DNA of 64,000 nt from assembly GCA_035532155.1 (NCBI GenBank), contig DATKRN010000022.1:8078-72077 (forward strand). The letters run 5' to 3'. Under the pieces are notes generated by a model. It made no database searches and had not been told where the DNA came from. It worked only from the letters and a program-made list of their open reading frames with translations. Below, in pieces: positions 19,891 to 29,722 of this stretch. Source of the DNA: Verrucomicrobiia bacterium (GTDB taxonomy: Bacteria; Chloroflexota; Dormibacteria; Aeolococcales; Bog-877). The translations under genes were made by a program, and so were the position numbers. Numbering within the stretch: the first letter of the stretch is position 1; each line of letters starts with the position of its first letter.

Positions 19891-21726
19891 CTACTTAGTG
19901 TAGTACCAGTCGTTCGGGTAGATGTTCAGATAGGGGTCCTGGGGCGCGACCCCATCCAGGTTCTTCTTGACCGCCGAAATCCGGAACACCGGCATCGGCA
20001 GGAAGATCTCGTACTGCTGCGTCGTCATGTAGTTCTCGTAGGCGGCGAAGGTGGTGAAGTCAGAATGGGTGTGGGTGGCGTTGATCAGCTGCTGCAGGTG
20101 GGGGTCGCAGAGGTCGGAGTAGTTGCCGCTGGCGTTGCAGCCGAACGGCGCCCCGCCGGTGGGATACCAGCCCGGCCAGCCCCAGGGCCAGAACTCGATC
20201 GAGTAGTTGAGCTGCCACGAGCAGCTCGTGGCCTGGATGCAGGCTCCCTCCAGCGACACCTCCTCGCCGGCGTTGACGATCTTGAGGATGAGGTTGATCC
20301 CCACCAAAGAGAAGCTCGACTTCAGCAGCTGCACCATCTCCGAGTTCATGGTGGTGGCGGTCTGCGCCAGCAGGGTGAACTGCAAGGGAGCCCCTTTGTG
20401 CACCCCGACCCCGCATTCGCTGGCGCTGGTGCCGGGACGCTGGCAGGTGGAGGTGCCGTTGGGGACAACCCTCCAGCCGTGCGCCTTGAGCAGCTGCTTG
20501 GCACTGGACACGCTGTAGGGGTAGGGGTCGTCGCGCTCGAAGGCGGTGACCAGGGGGTTGTTGTAGCCCGGGTCGGGCACCGGTCCGGCGGCGTAGTAGC
20601 CGAGCCCATGCTCGACGTTCTTCAGGATCGAGCTCATGTTGACGAGATGGGTCATCGCCTGGCGGACGTAGAGCTGCTTGAGGATGGGGGTCTGCGGATC
20701 CTTGGGCGCGTAGCTGAAGATGATGCCGCCCCACGTGTCCTGGCCCCAGTTGATGATTTTGTACCCCTTGGCCTTGAGGGCCGGGATGGTGCTGCGGTCG
20801 TTGAGCGGGACGTAGCCGTAGTCGAGCTGACCGGACTCCAGCGCATTGAACTCGGCGCTGTCACTGGTGAACGGAACCTCGACGAACTCTTTGATCTTGG
20901 GCTTGGTCGCCCCCGAGTAGCGGAGGTTGGGCGCGAAGGCGACGTAGCTGTTGGTGGGCTCGTAGGACTTGATCTCCCAGGCCCCGTCGACCACCTTCCA
21001 GAGCGGGTTGCTGGCGTAGGTGGCCACCGTCTTGGTCTGCGCCATGAGGTAGGTGTACACCTTGGCGGCGCCGGCCGCGGTCCGATCGTAGTTGCCCACC
21101 GGGCTGCTGGCCGAGGTCTTGTCCCAGGCATGCTGCGGGATCGGCGTGATCTGGCTCAGCTGGTTGCCCAGCACCCAAGTGTGGCTGTAGGTGCCGTTGA
21201 ACGTGATCGAGAACTTGGACGCCGAGAGGTAGCGGATGCTCTTGATGTTGTCGGGGAAGTGACCCGGGACATAGGCGGGCCAGTTGGTCTTCTCCGCCTT
21301 CAGCAGGTTGATCCAGAATTCGATGTCACGGGTCGTCACCGGCCGGCCGTCCGACCAGCGCCAGGGCTTGAGGGTCATGGTCGCGACCGTGTCCCCGCCC
21401 GTGCTGCTCCACACCGGCGCGTAGCCAAGGCTGTGGCGCGGGCTGAACACCGGCTTTCCGTTCTGGCCCCAGATATAGAGCGGACGCCACATGAGGTAGG
21501 TGAACCAGGGGACATAGCCGACGTCCCAGTAGGCGCCGGTGAACATCGGGAACAGGAAAGTGGGTCCCTCTCCGACGTAGCCGGCGAAGCGGACGACGCC
21601 ACCGGACGCCGCCGGCGCAGGTGTCGGGGTCGCCTTGATCGCGGTGGCGCCGCAGCCCGCCAGCACCACGGCCATCGCCGCCACGCTCAGCAGGGCCCGG
21701 CGCCCCCCTCCCAACCAACGGGTCAT
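19891..21726 (-). CDS. ABC transporter family-5 substrate-binding lipoprotein, paralog of 3999..5820
   Basis: Lipobox LAGCG. Many shared blocks with the first SBP (TLKPWRWSDGRP, LSQITPIPQH, FTSDSAEFNAL, QLYVRQA, HGWRVVP). Visibly lower GC and K/N/I/Y-richer codon usage than its surroundings. Strong RBS AGGAGG. No adjacent permeases. Confidence 0.8.
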   Translation of the reverse strand: MTRWLGGGRRALLSVAAMAVVLAGCGATAIKATPTPAPAASGGVVRFAGYVGEGPTFLFPMFTGAYWDVGYVPWFTYLMWRPLYIWGQNGKPVFSPRHSLGYAPVWSSTGGDTVATMTLKPWRWSDGRPVTTRDIEFWINLLKAEKTNWPAYVPGHFPDNIKSIRYLSASKFSITFNGTYSHTWVLGNQLSQITPIPQHAWDKTSASSPVGNYDRTAAGAAKVYTYLMAQTKTVATYASNPLWKVVDGAWEIKSYEPTNSYVAFAPNLRYSGATKPKIKEFVEVPFTSDSAEFNALESGQLDYGYVPLNDRSTIPALKAKGYKIINWGQDTWGGIIFSYAPKDPQTPILKQLYVRQAMTHLVNMSSILKNVEHGLGYYAAGPVPDPGYNNPLVTAFERDDPYPYSVSSAKQLLKAHGWRVVPNGTSTCQRPGTSASECGVGVHKGAPLQFTLLAQTATTMNSEMVQLLKSSFSLVGINLILKIVNAGEEVSLEGACIQATSCSWQLNYSIEFWPWGWPGWYPTGGAPFGCNASGNYSDLCDPHLQQLINATHTHSDFTTFAAYENYMTTQQYEIFLPMPVFRISAVKKNLDGVAPQDPYLNIYPNDWYYTK

Positions 21727-21922
21727 TCAGGTATCCTCCTGGACCGAGGGCGCTCTCGCGGACGGACCCGCAGATTCCACGACCCGCCCTCCCGCGTCAA
21801 GCCGACGGCCGCTGTCCGTCGCTTGCAGCACGGCTGCAAGGTTTGCCGAGGATGGTACGAAGCCCCCTGGGTGGTGTCAAGTAGGCGAGGGAGCCGCACC
21901 CCGGGGCAGCCCTCTGGGACGG

Positions 21923-22897
21923 TCAGGGAGAGGGCGCGGGCGCCCCGCCCCGGAGCACCGGGACCCGGACGGCGGGCGGACGACCGGCCAGGACCCCGAG
22001 CGTGATGGCCACGCCGCCAACCAGCTGGAGCGGGCGGATCGGCTCACCGATCAGCGCCGCCGCGAACACGATCCCGAGGAAGGGCTGGGTGTAGCCATAG
22101 ACGGAGGTCCGGGTGGGGCCGAGGCGCTCCAGTCCTGTGTAGTAGAGCCATCCGCTCAGGGTGACCGCTGCCAGCGCGCTGAACGCCAGCAGGCCGAGGA
22201 CACCTGAATCGAACCGGGCGGGCGCGACCACCGCCTCCACGATCCCGAGCGGGGCCAGGCCGATGCTGCCCACCAAGCTCACCATCGCCGCCAGCGCGAG
22301 CGGCGGATGGCGGGAGAGGAGGGGCGAGATGAGCAGGAGGTAGGCGGTCCAGCTGACGGGCAGTCCCAACCCCACCAGGTCGCCCGCGACCGAGGAGCGG
22401 CCGTGGGCTCCGGTGAGGACCACCAGCCCGAGGCCGGCGAGGCCCACCCCGAGCCCGGCCCAGACCCGAGTTGAGAGCCGCTGCCGGCGCCGCCAGGCGA
22501 GCCAGCCGGCGACCCCGAGCGGCGCGGTGCCGGCGAGCAGGGAGACGTTGTCCGCGCTGGTGAGGCGCAGGGCCCAGGTGAACGAGACCTGGTTGATGAC
22601 CACCCCGCAGCCGGCCGCCAGCGTCAGCTGGGCCAGCTCCCGGCCCCGCGGCCATCGCAGCGGGCCCTCGCGCCAGCGCGCGAGGGCCGCCAGCAGGCCG
22701 GCCCCCAGCACCCAGCGCAGCGCCGAGAACGTGAGCGGGCCGACGGGGCCGACGGCCAGCTTGGTGACGACGACGTTGGCGCTCCAGATGACGTAGGTGA
22801 CCAGTACCAGCCCGTCGCCCCAGCCGGCTCCCCCCGGCAGCGCGCGGCCCGGGAGCGGCAGCCGGCCCGCGCCTGCCTGCTGCCTCACCACGCCCAC
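21923..22897 (-). CDS. EamA/DMT superfamily transporter (10 TM)
   Basis: ORF hydropathy shows two EamA repeats. Confidence 0.7.
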   Translation of the reverse strand: MGVVRQQAGAGRLPLPGRALPGGAGWGDGLVLVTYVIWSANVVVTKLAVGPVGPLTFSALRWVLGAGLLAALARWREGPLRWPRGRELAQLTLAAGCGVVINQVSFTWALRLTSADNVSLLAGTAPLGVAGWLAWRRRQRLSTRVWAGLGVGLAGLGLVVLTGAHGRSSVAGDLVGLGLPVSWTAYLLLISPLLSRHPPLALAAMVSLVGSIGLAPLGIVEAVVAPARFDSGVLGLLAFSALAAVTLSGWLYYTGLERLGPTRTSVYGYTQPFLGIVFAAALIGEPIRPLQLVGGVAITLGVLAGRPPAVRVPVLRGGAPAPSP

Positions 22898-22958
22898 GGT
22901 AGCGGAGCCGCCCGGGAGACTGGGTGGGGGGCGCGACGGAGGCTGTTACGATCGGAGC

Positions 22959-25148
22959 ATGCTGCGCCTGCATGACACGCTGGCGCGCGGCGTACGCCCG
23001 GTGGAGCCGGCCGAGCCCGGCCGGCTTGGCCTCTACAGCTGTGGACCGACCGTGTATCGCTCCGCGCACATCGGCAACCTGCGCACCTACCTGCTCGCGG
23101 ACTGGATCAAGCGCACCGCCCGCGGCGCCGGCCTCGAGGTCCGTCACGTCAAGAACATCACCGATGTCGGCCACATGCGCCAGGAGCTGGCCGAGCGCGG
23201 CGGCGACAAGGTGATCGCGGCGGCGCTGGCCGCGGGCCGCACCCCGCAGGCGATCGCGCGGGCCTACGAGGACGAGTTCCACGCCGACGAGGCGGCCCTT
23301 CTGATCGGGCCCGCGGACGTCTTCCCCCGCGCCACCGAGCATGTGCCCGCGATGCTGGACCTGGTGGCGCGGCTGCTGGCCCGCGGGCTCGCCTACCAGG
23401 CTCAGGGCTCCGTCTACTTCGACACCAGCGCCTGGCCCGACTACGGTCGCCTCTCCGGCAACCTGGCCCCCGCGCAGCTGGCCGCGGCCGCCGGCGAGGC
23501 CGACCCGCTAAAGCGCCACCCCGGCGACTTCTCGCTCTGGCGGGCCGCCGAGCCCGGGCGCCGGCTGATGGTGTGGGAGAGTCCCTACGGGCCCGGGTTC
23601 CCGGGCTGGCACATCGAGTGCTCGGCGATGGCGATGGCGCACCTGGGCGAGACGTTCGACCTCCACACCGGCGGCGTCGACAACATCTTCCCCCACCACG
23701 AGGACGAGCGCGCCCAGAGCGAGGGCGCCACCGGGCGACCGTTCGCGCGCGCCTGGGTCCACGGCCAGCACCTACTCGCCGACGGCCTCAAGATGGCCAA
23801 GTCGACGGGCAACGTGTACACCCTCGCCGAGCTGCGCCGGCGCGGCTACGATCCGCTCGCCTTCCGATATCTGTGCGCCACCGTCCACTACCGGACCCCC
23901 CTCCACTTCACCCTGGCCACCCTGGCGGGCGCACAACGGGCGCTGCAGCGGCTGCGCGCCGTGGTCGCCGCGGGGCGGCGCGACGGCGCCGCCGACCGCG
24001 ATCCCGAGCCCCAGGTGGGGGCCCGGCTCCGCGCCGAGGTGCAGCGCCTGCTGGAGGACGACCTCGGGGTGCCGGCGGCGCTCGCCACCTGCTGGCGGCT
24101 GGTGCGCCACGACCCCGCCGGGCCCCCCGCCAAGTCGCTCGCCCTGCTCGGGGTCGAGCCGCTCCTCGGTCTCGGGCTGGACCAACCGGCGTCGCCCCCG
24201 GCACCGGACTCCGGCTGGCGCCGCGATCGGCTGGCCCGGGAGCGGGCCCGGGCGTCGGGCGGCTGGGAAGCGGCCGACCGCGCTCGTGTGCGGCTGGCTC
24301 GGGGTGGAGTCGTGCCCGAGGATGGGCCCACCGGGACCCGGTACCGCGCCGCCACCGCACTCGACCGCCGCCGCGGCCTGATCTCCAGCCCCGCGGAGGT
24401 CGAGGATGGTCGCGAACGACCCGATCGCGTCGAGGTCACGGTCAGCCTGGTCTGCAACGGCCCCGCCCCCGATGCGGTTCGCTGCGTGGAGAGCCTGCTG
24501 GCGCACCGCGGGCCCAGGGGCGTCGAGATCGTGGCGCTCGACAACGGCGCCGACCCCGACACCGGCGCCGCGCTGGACCGACTGGCGGCGGATCACCCCG
24601 CGGTGCTGGCTCTCCACGCCGACCACCGCCTGGGCGAGGGAGCGGCCCGCAACTGCACCCTGCGCGCGGCCACCGGGCGGGTGGTTCTGCTCGCCGACAC
24701 CGGGCTGGAGGCGGTCGGCGACTGCTTCACCCCGCTGCTGGCGGCGCTGGCCGACCCCGAGGTGGGAGCGGTCGGACGCTTCGGGGTGCGCTCCCGGGAC
24801 ATGCGCGAGTTCACCCTCTCGGATGCGGTCACGGTCGACGCCGTCGAGGGGTACTGCCTCGGGTTCGCCCGGCATCGGCTCCTCGAGATCGGCCTGCTCG
24901 ACGAGCGCTACCGGTTTTACCGACTGCTCGACTTCGATTGGTCGATGCGGCTGCGCGCCCACGGGCTGGAGAATCGGAGGATCCCCGACCTGCCGGTGCG
25001 AATGCACCTTCACCGGGGCTGGGAGGAGACCGAGCCGGAGGAGCGCGAGCGGCTGAGCCGAGCTAACTTTCGCCGCTTCTACGACCGCTGGCACCATCGT
25101 CAGGATCTGCTTATCAGCGCAACGGACCCGCCGCCGCGGTCGGGGTGA
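22959..25148 (+). CDS. cysS: Fusion protein: N-terminal cysteinyl-tRNA synthetase-like enzyme (catalytic and anticodon-binding-like regions), C-terminal GT2-family glycosyltransferase domain
   Basis: Single uninterrupted ORF (22797..25148). ATG at 22959 gives MLRLHDTLARG... Class I motifs are HIGN (HIGH-like) and KMAKS (KMSKS). Zn/Cys-binding residues are conserved (SCGPTVY, WHIECSAM, FPHHEDE). A CysRS-like C-terminus reads ...DDLGVPAALA...GW..DRLARERARASGGWEAADRARVRLARGGVVPEDGPTGTRY. It then continues in frame into a GT-A/GT2 domain (...VSLVCNGPAPD...VEIVALDNGADPDTG...RNCTLRAATGRVVLLADTG...DFDWSMRL...). Confidence 0.7.
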   Translation: MLRLHDTLARGVRPVEPAEPGRLGLYSCGPTVYRSAHIGNLRTYLLADWIKRTARGAGLEVRHVKNITDVGHMRQELAERGGDKVIAAALAAGRTPQAIARAYEDEFHADEAALLIGPADVFPRATEHVPAMLDLVARLLARGLAYQAQGSVYFDTSAWPDYGRLSGNLAPAQLAAAAGEADPLKRHPGDFSLWRAAEPGRRLMVWESPYGPGFPGWHIECSAMAMAHLGETFDLHTGGVDNIFPHHEDERAQSEGATGRPFARAWVHGQHLLADGLKMAKSTGNVYTLAELRRRGYDPLAFRYLCATVHYRTPLHFTLATLAGAQRALQRLRAVVAAGRRDGAADRDPEPQVGARLRAEVQRLLEDDLGVPAALATCWRLVRHDPAGPPAKSLALLGVEPLLGLGLDQPASPPAPDSGWRRDRLARERARASGGWEAADRARVRLARGGVVPEDGPTGTRYRAATALDRRRGLISSPAEVEDGRERPDRVEVTVSLVCNGPAPDAVRCVESLLAHRGPRGVEIVALDNGADPDTGAALDRLAADHPAVLALHADHRLGEGAARNCTLRAATGRVVLLADTGLEAVGDCFTPLLAALADPEVGAVGRFGVRSRDMREFTLSDAVTVDAVEGYCLGFARHRLLEIGLLDERYRFYRLLDFDWSMRLRAHGLENRRIPDLPVRMHLHRGWEETEPEERERLSRANFRRFYDRWHHRQDLLISATDPPPRSG

Positions 25149-25163
25149 CCCGCCCGGGCGCGC

Positions 25164-25814
25164 TCAGGCGCTCGCGCCCGGCTCCAACAGGGCGAAGCGA
25201 CACCACAGGCTGACCGTGACGGTCTCCTCCCCCGCCTCCACCGCCATCGCCGCCGTCCCGGCGAGGGCGCGCCGATGGTTGCCCGGCACCGGCGCCGAAC
25301 CGTCCTCACCCGCCTCCACCACCCGCAGGACCGGACCCAGCCGGTGGCCCAATCCGACTGCCAGGGCGGTCGCCTGGGCGACCGCCCGCTCGAGAGCCAG
25401 GGTGCGGGCGCGGGCGCGGGCCGGGGCGGAGTCCGCCACCGTCCAGGCCAGGCCCCCGACAGTGAGACTGGTCGGCAGAGCGGATGCCACGGCATCGAGG
25501 ACAGGCCCGACGGCGGCCAGCTCGTCGAGCTGAACCACCAGCCCGTGGACGGCGCGGAACCCGGCCGGCTGACGCCCCCGGGGGTCGTGGATCGGGTGCA
25601 GCTGCACGGTCGAGGTCTGGCGGTCGAGAGCGGGGATGGCGGCCGCATCCAGGCAGTCCCGCAGGCGCTGCGAGTCGTCGGCCAGCTGCCGCAGCGCCAG
25701 GCCCGGGGTGGTGGCCCTGCACTCGACCCCGAGGGTGAGGCGCACCCGGTCCGGCGGGACCCGCGCCTCGCCGGTCGCGGTGACCTCGACCAACGGCGTG
25801 CGGCGCCCCCCCAT
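25164..25814 (-). CDS. SIMPL (DUF541) domain protein
   Basis: This is the C-terminal 216 aa of ORF 25164..26159, starting at ATG (MGGRRTPLVEVTATGEARV...). The upstream codons are compositional read-through. No signal peptide is evident. Confidence 0.55.
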   Translation of the reverse strand: MGGRRTPLVEVTATGEARVPPDRVRLTLGVECRATTPGLALRQLADDSQRLRDCLDAAAIPALDRQTSTVQLHPIHDPRGRQPAGFRAVHGLVVQLDELAAVGPVLDAVASALPTSLTVGGLAWTVADSAPARARARTLALERAVAQATALAVGLGHRLGPVLRVVEAGEDGSAPVPGNHRRALAGTAAMAVEAGEETVTVSLWCRFALLEPGASA

Positions 25815-26183
25815 CGGGGAGCCAGCGTAGCAGACGGCCAGCCGCCGGCTCGGCTCGGGCGGCTCCGATCGTCGCCGTCCGAGCCCCGCCGCTCCCGCTC
25901 GGCCTCCTCGGCGTCGCGCTGAGAGGAGACCGAGGCGAGATCGTCGGCCGCCAGCCGGCCACGCCGGCGGGGGCGCGGGGCTCGAGCTCGAGGCCGCGAC
26001 CCCGAGCCTGCGGCTGGTGGTCGAGACCGGGCCCTCGTCGACGCCCCCTGCGACCCACGCTGCAGCACACGGCCAGCAGTCAGGACGCCACGGCCGGGGG
26101 GGCGGCAGGGGACACGAGGTAGGCGCGCCGGCGGTCCCGGGCCACGCGGCGGACCCCAAAGCCGGCCGGGCCGGTGGCGCTCG

Positions 26184-26942
26184 TCATCCCGGGGGCCGCA
26201 GGAAGCGTAGCAGCGCCGCCGCTCGCAGGGGCCGGTCGAGGTGATGGCCGAGGTGGGCCACCAGCAACGCCTCCAGCTCATCACGCAGACCCGCGGTCCA
26301 GCGGACGTGGTCGTACAGCTCCCGATCACCGGCCGCCATGCGGCGCAGCAGCCGCAGCGTGGCCGCATGACAGGCGAGGGCGGAGGGGTCGAGATCGGCG
26401 CAGCGCCCCTGGATGACGCCGCCCCGACCCGGCGCAAAGGCGGCATCGCCGTTCACCAGGGGCCCGCCGCACGCGGCGCAGCGGTCGACCACCGGGCGGT
26501 AGCCGACCTGGTCCGCCGCCTCCAGCGCGAACCAGGCCAGCTCCGCCCGGGCGTCCCGCCTGGGATCGGCCACCTGGGTCAGCGTGGTGGCCACCAGCGA
26601 ATACAGGCGCGGCTGCGCATGCGCCTCCTCCAGGACCGCGTCCGCGACCCCTGCGACCACCCCCGCACAGGCGGTGCGGGTCAGATCGTGGCCGGGCCAG
26701 GGCCGGCTGAGGCGCTCGGCCTGGGTCACCACCACGAGCCCCCCCCGGCCCGGGGCGAGCTGGAGGGAGCAGCGCGAGAAGAGGTCGAGGGCGGGGCTGA
26801 GGCGGGATCGAGGGCGGCGCGCGCCCCGCACGATCGCACCCACCTTCCCGTGTCCACCGGTGAACAAGGTGAGGATGCGATCGGCGTCGGCGTAGTCCAC
26901 CCGGCGCAGGACGATCCCCTCATCGCGGAACGGCAGCGCCAT
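26184..26942 (-). CDS. recO: DNA repair protein RecO
   Basis: N-terminal OB fold (...EGIVLRRVDYADADRILTLFT...) and a Cys4 zinc motif CAACGGP...C. Confidence 0.85.
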   Translation of the reverse strand: MALPFRDEGIVLRRVDYADADRILTLFTGGHGKVGAIVRGARRPRSRLSPALDLFSRCSLQLAPGRGGLVVVTQAERLSRPWPGHDLTRTACAGVVAGVADAVLEEAHAQPRLYSLVATTLTQVADPRRDARAELAWFALEAADQVGYRPVVDRCAACGGPLVNGDAAFAPGRGGVIQGRCADLDPSALACHAATLRLLRRMAAGDRELYDHVRWTAGLRDELEALLVAHLGHHLDRPLRAAALLRFLRPPG

Positions 26943-26953
26943 CGGGGCCGGGG

Positions 26954-28357
26954 TCAGCCCCGGTCCGGTGCGTCCGGAGGCGGCGGATCGGCCGCGGCGG
27001 CCAGCGGAGCCGCCGGCACCTCCGCCCCGAGGGTCGGGACGGAGGTGCCCCCCGTCCTTCCGTCGAGGTCCTCCTCGTCCACCTCCGGCGGCGCGAAGGG
27101 GCGGGCGCCGCGCACCCGGACGGTGCGGATCGACTGGCGCCGCACGGACTCGACGGTGAGGGTGACGTCGGGCTCGACGGCGATCGTGTCGCCGACGGTC
27201 GGGATCCGCCCGAGCCGCGCGTACACGTATCCCCCGAGGGAGTCGAAGTCGTCCCCGGTCAGCTGCAGGTGAAGCAGTTCGTTGACGTCATCCAGACTGG
27301 CCCGCGCGCTCACCAGCGCCTCGGCGGGAGCGATGATCTGGACCTCCTCCGCCTCGGCCTGGTCGTACTCGTCGCGGATCGGACCGACGATCTCCTCCAG
27401 GACATCCTCGATCGTGGCCAGGCCGGCGGTGCCCCCGTACTCGTCCACCACGATGGCCAGGTGGACGTTCTCCCGCTGCATCTCGTGGAGCAGCTCGCCG
27501 ACGCGCTTGGACTCGGGAGTGAAGTGCGCCGGCCGAGCGACCTCCCGCAGGGAAGGTTCGCCCGAGTCGCCTCCAGCGCGGGTGCGCGCCCGGAGCAGGT
27601 CCTTGGCGTAGACGACCCCGACGATGTTGTCGACGGTCTCCTCGAAACAGGGGATCCGGCTGTGGCCGTGCGTGAGGACCAGCTGGATGGCGTCGGCGAG
27701 CGGGCGTGCGACCTCGATCGCGACCATCTCGACCCGGGGCACCATCACCTCGCGGACGGCCTTGTCGGTCATCTCGAAGATGCCATGGATCATCTCGCGC
27801 TCGCCCTCCTCGACCACGCCCTCCTCCTCCCCCACCGCGACCAGCATCTTCAGCTCGTCTTCGGTGAGGAAGGGCCCGCGCGCGGCGGAGCGGCCGGCGC
27901 GCGCGCCGGTGAGCAACCCGGTGACCAGCGTCAGCAGCCGCACTCCTGGCGCCAGCACCCAGGTCAGCCCCGCCACCGGGCGCACCAGCACCGCGGCCAC
28001 CCGGTCAGCGTGCTGCAGAGCGTACGACTTGGGGCCGATCTCACAGGCGATCAGCACCACCACCGACAGCGTCACCGTCGACCAGAACGCGGCCGAGTGC
28101 CCGAAAGCCTGGACCGCCAGCAGGGTGGCGCAGGTAGAGGCGACGATCACCGCGACCGTGTTGGTGACCAGAATCGCCCCGAGGTAGGCGTTGGGCCGGT
28201 GGTGCAGTCGATCGATCGCGACCGCGGTGGGGTCGCCCTCCTCCCGCCGGGCCCGCAGCCGGATGCGGCTCAGCGAGGTGAGGCTGGTCTCGGCGCTAGC
28301 CGCGAAGGCGGCCGCGAGCAGGGCCACCACCAAGATGGCGATCAGGGGGGCGCTCAC
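26954..28357 (-). CDS. Hemolysin-family CorC/HlyC (TlyC) protein: DUF21 membrane domain, CBS pair and CorC_HlyC domain
   Basis: ORF 26954..28456. The GTG at 28357 gives VSAPLIAILVV... (DUF21 TM region). It carries CBS domains and a C-terminus ...DDFDSLGGYVYARLGRIPTVGD.... It lies immediately upstream of recO. Confidence 0.7.
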   Translation of the reverse strand: MSAPLIAILVVALLAAAFAASAETSLTSLSRIRLRARREEGDPTAVAIDRLHHRPNAYLGAILVTNTVAVIVASTCATLLAVQAFGHSAAFWSTVTLSVVVLIACEIGPKSYALQHADRVAAVLVRPVAGLTWVLAPGVRLLTLVTGLLTGARAGRSAARGPFLTEDELKMLVAVGEEEGVVEEGEREMIHGIFEMTDKAVREVMVPRVEMVAIEVARPLADAIQLVLTHGHSRIPCFEETVDNIVGVVYAKDLLRARTRAGGDSGEPSLREVARPAHFTPESKRVGELLHEMQRENVHLAIVVDEYGGTAGLATIEDVLEEIVGPIRDEYDQAEAEEVQIIAPAEALVSARASLDDVNELLHLQLTGDDFDSLGGYVYARLGRIPTVGDTIAVEPDVTLTVESVRRQSIRTVRVRGARPFAPPEVDEEDLDGRTGGTSVPTLGAEVPAAPLAAAADPPPPDAPDRG

Positions 28358-28667
28358 CGGTCCGGCGCGACCCGCGAGGGGTGATCCGGCGACCCCGCCG
28401 AGTGGCGCAGGTCCGCCGCGGCGCGGGCATGCCGCACGGGTGCGCCGGCGGCGCACCCCTGCCCGCCGTCCCCACAGCCTTCCCGCGGGACCCGCGATCG
28501 TCGTCCGGGCGAGCCGGGGCCCATCTCGACGGGCAGTCTACCAGTCCGGCGCTGGTGCTCCCGGTGCGCCCCGGCGGTGCGAGAGAGCCGCCCGGGTCGG
28601 CATGGGTGGGCGGGGGACCGGCGCGGCCGCCCGGGGCCGGAGCGCGCGCGGGTCGTAGGGGTGAGCC

Positions 28668-29722
28668 TCAGGATCGTGGGCGACCTCGGACCCTGGCTCG
28701 GATCCCGGGACGTGGGCGGCTCCGCCGGGGTACGCCGACGACGATCCCGTGGCCACCCCCCCTGGTGCAGCGAGCGGTACGGTCCTTCGAGATTGGTGAC
28801 CCGCGCGAGGGGGCGAGGCCACCGAGCGCCCTGTGGGCGCGACGGGGATCGTAGGTGTGCGGCCAGCGCGGCAGCGCGTGGGCGCGGGCGGTGTGGGAGA
28901 GGTAGCGGCGGATGTGGGCCCCCTCATCCAAGAAGCTCCGGTGGGAGCGCTTGACCGTGCCGTAGCTCTGAAGGTGGTAGGGGCGCCGGTGGGTGGTGGG
29001 GGTCGCGGCCGGGCCGGGGCGACGTCGTAGCTGCCATAGCCGGCGCGGTTGTCGGGGAGGACACGGTGGGCAGGGACGCCAGGGGTGGTCCAAAAGGCCA
29101 CCGCCTGGCCCCAGCAGGCCGCGCAGGTGGTCGCCCGCTCAGCGGCCAGGATCTCGGTGGGGGCCACCCAGGCGTGATCGTCCCGCGCCGAGGGCAGCAA
29201 CTCATCGCCGCCGGCGCGCCGGCCCACGCGGTGGTGGCGGCCCCAGGCCCCGCCCCAGCGCTCGATGGCCCCCAACCCTATGGAGTCCGGCCCCGCGTCG
29301 TGACGTCGACGGGGATGCGCTCCCCGGGGGCGGCGTGCTCGTAGTGGCGCATCACCCGGCCGGTGGGCCGGTCCCGCCAGCGCACCCGGTTGAGCCCGAG
29401 GCGGACCAGCACGCGGTGCACGGTGGAGGCGGCCAGCCCGAGGGCCGGGCCGATCCGGGCCCCACGTGCGCGTGCGCCGCAGCGGCGCGATCCGGTGCTC
29501 GAGGCGCCGGGCCAGCCGGCGCGAGCTGTGCCGGAGCACTGAGGGCCGGTCGCGCAGGCCCTCGACCCCCTCCGCCTGGTACCGGGCCCACCACCGGGAC
29601 GCCGGGGGCCGGGAGATCCCCATCTCCGCCGCGCTATGGGCGATCGGGCGGGCGTCCGTGGGGATCCGCTCGCGGAGCCAGAGCCGGCCCGCCGGGGTCA
29701 CGCGTGGGCTAGGCTGGGGCAT
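28668..29722 (-). mobile_element. IS481-family transposase, degraded (pseudogene, multiple frames)
   Basis: ORF 28538..29722 has the N-terminal HTH ...AAEMGISRPPASRWWARYQAEGVEGLRDRPS..., then a DDE-core remnant (...DELLPSARDDHAWVAPTEIL...RVLPDNRAGYGSYD...). The C-terminal ...TVKRSHRSFLDE...YDPRRAHRALGGL lies in a different frame (ORF 28668..29093). No clean inverted repeats were identified. Confidence 0.55.

Noticed and set aside
21740-21905. A 7-bp perfect hairpin (CTTGCAG-cacgg-CTGCAAG) in the ~180-nt leader of the second SBP gene as a riboswitch
   Set aside because: It is a single short stem with no recognisable riboswitch consensus. It is noted only as a possible attenuator or terminator remnant.
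22044-25097. Alternate-frame ORFs 22044..23342 -, 23573..25066 +, 23772..25097 -, 23888..24562 -
   Set aside because: They are low-complexity translations overlapping the EamA and CysRS-GT2 genes. No motifs were found.
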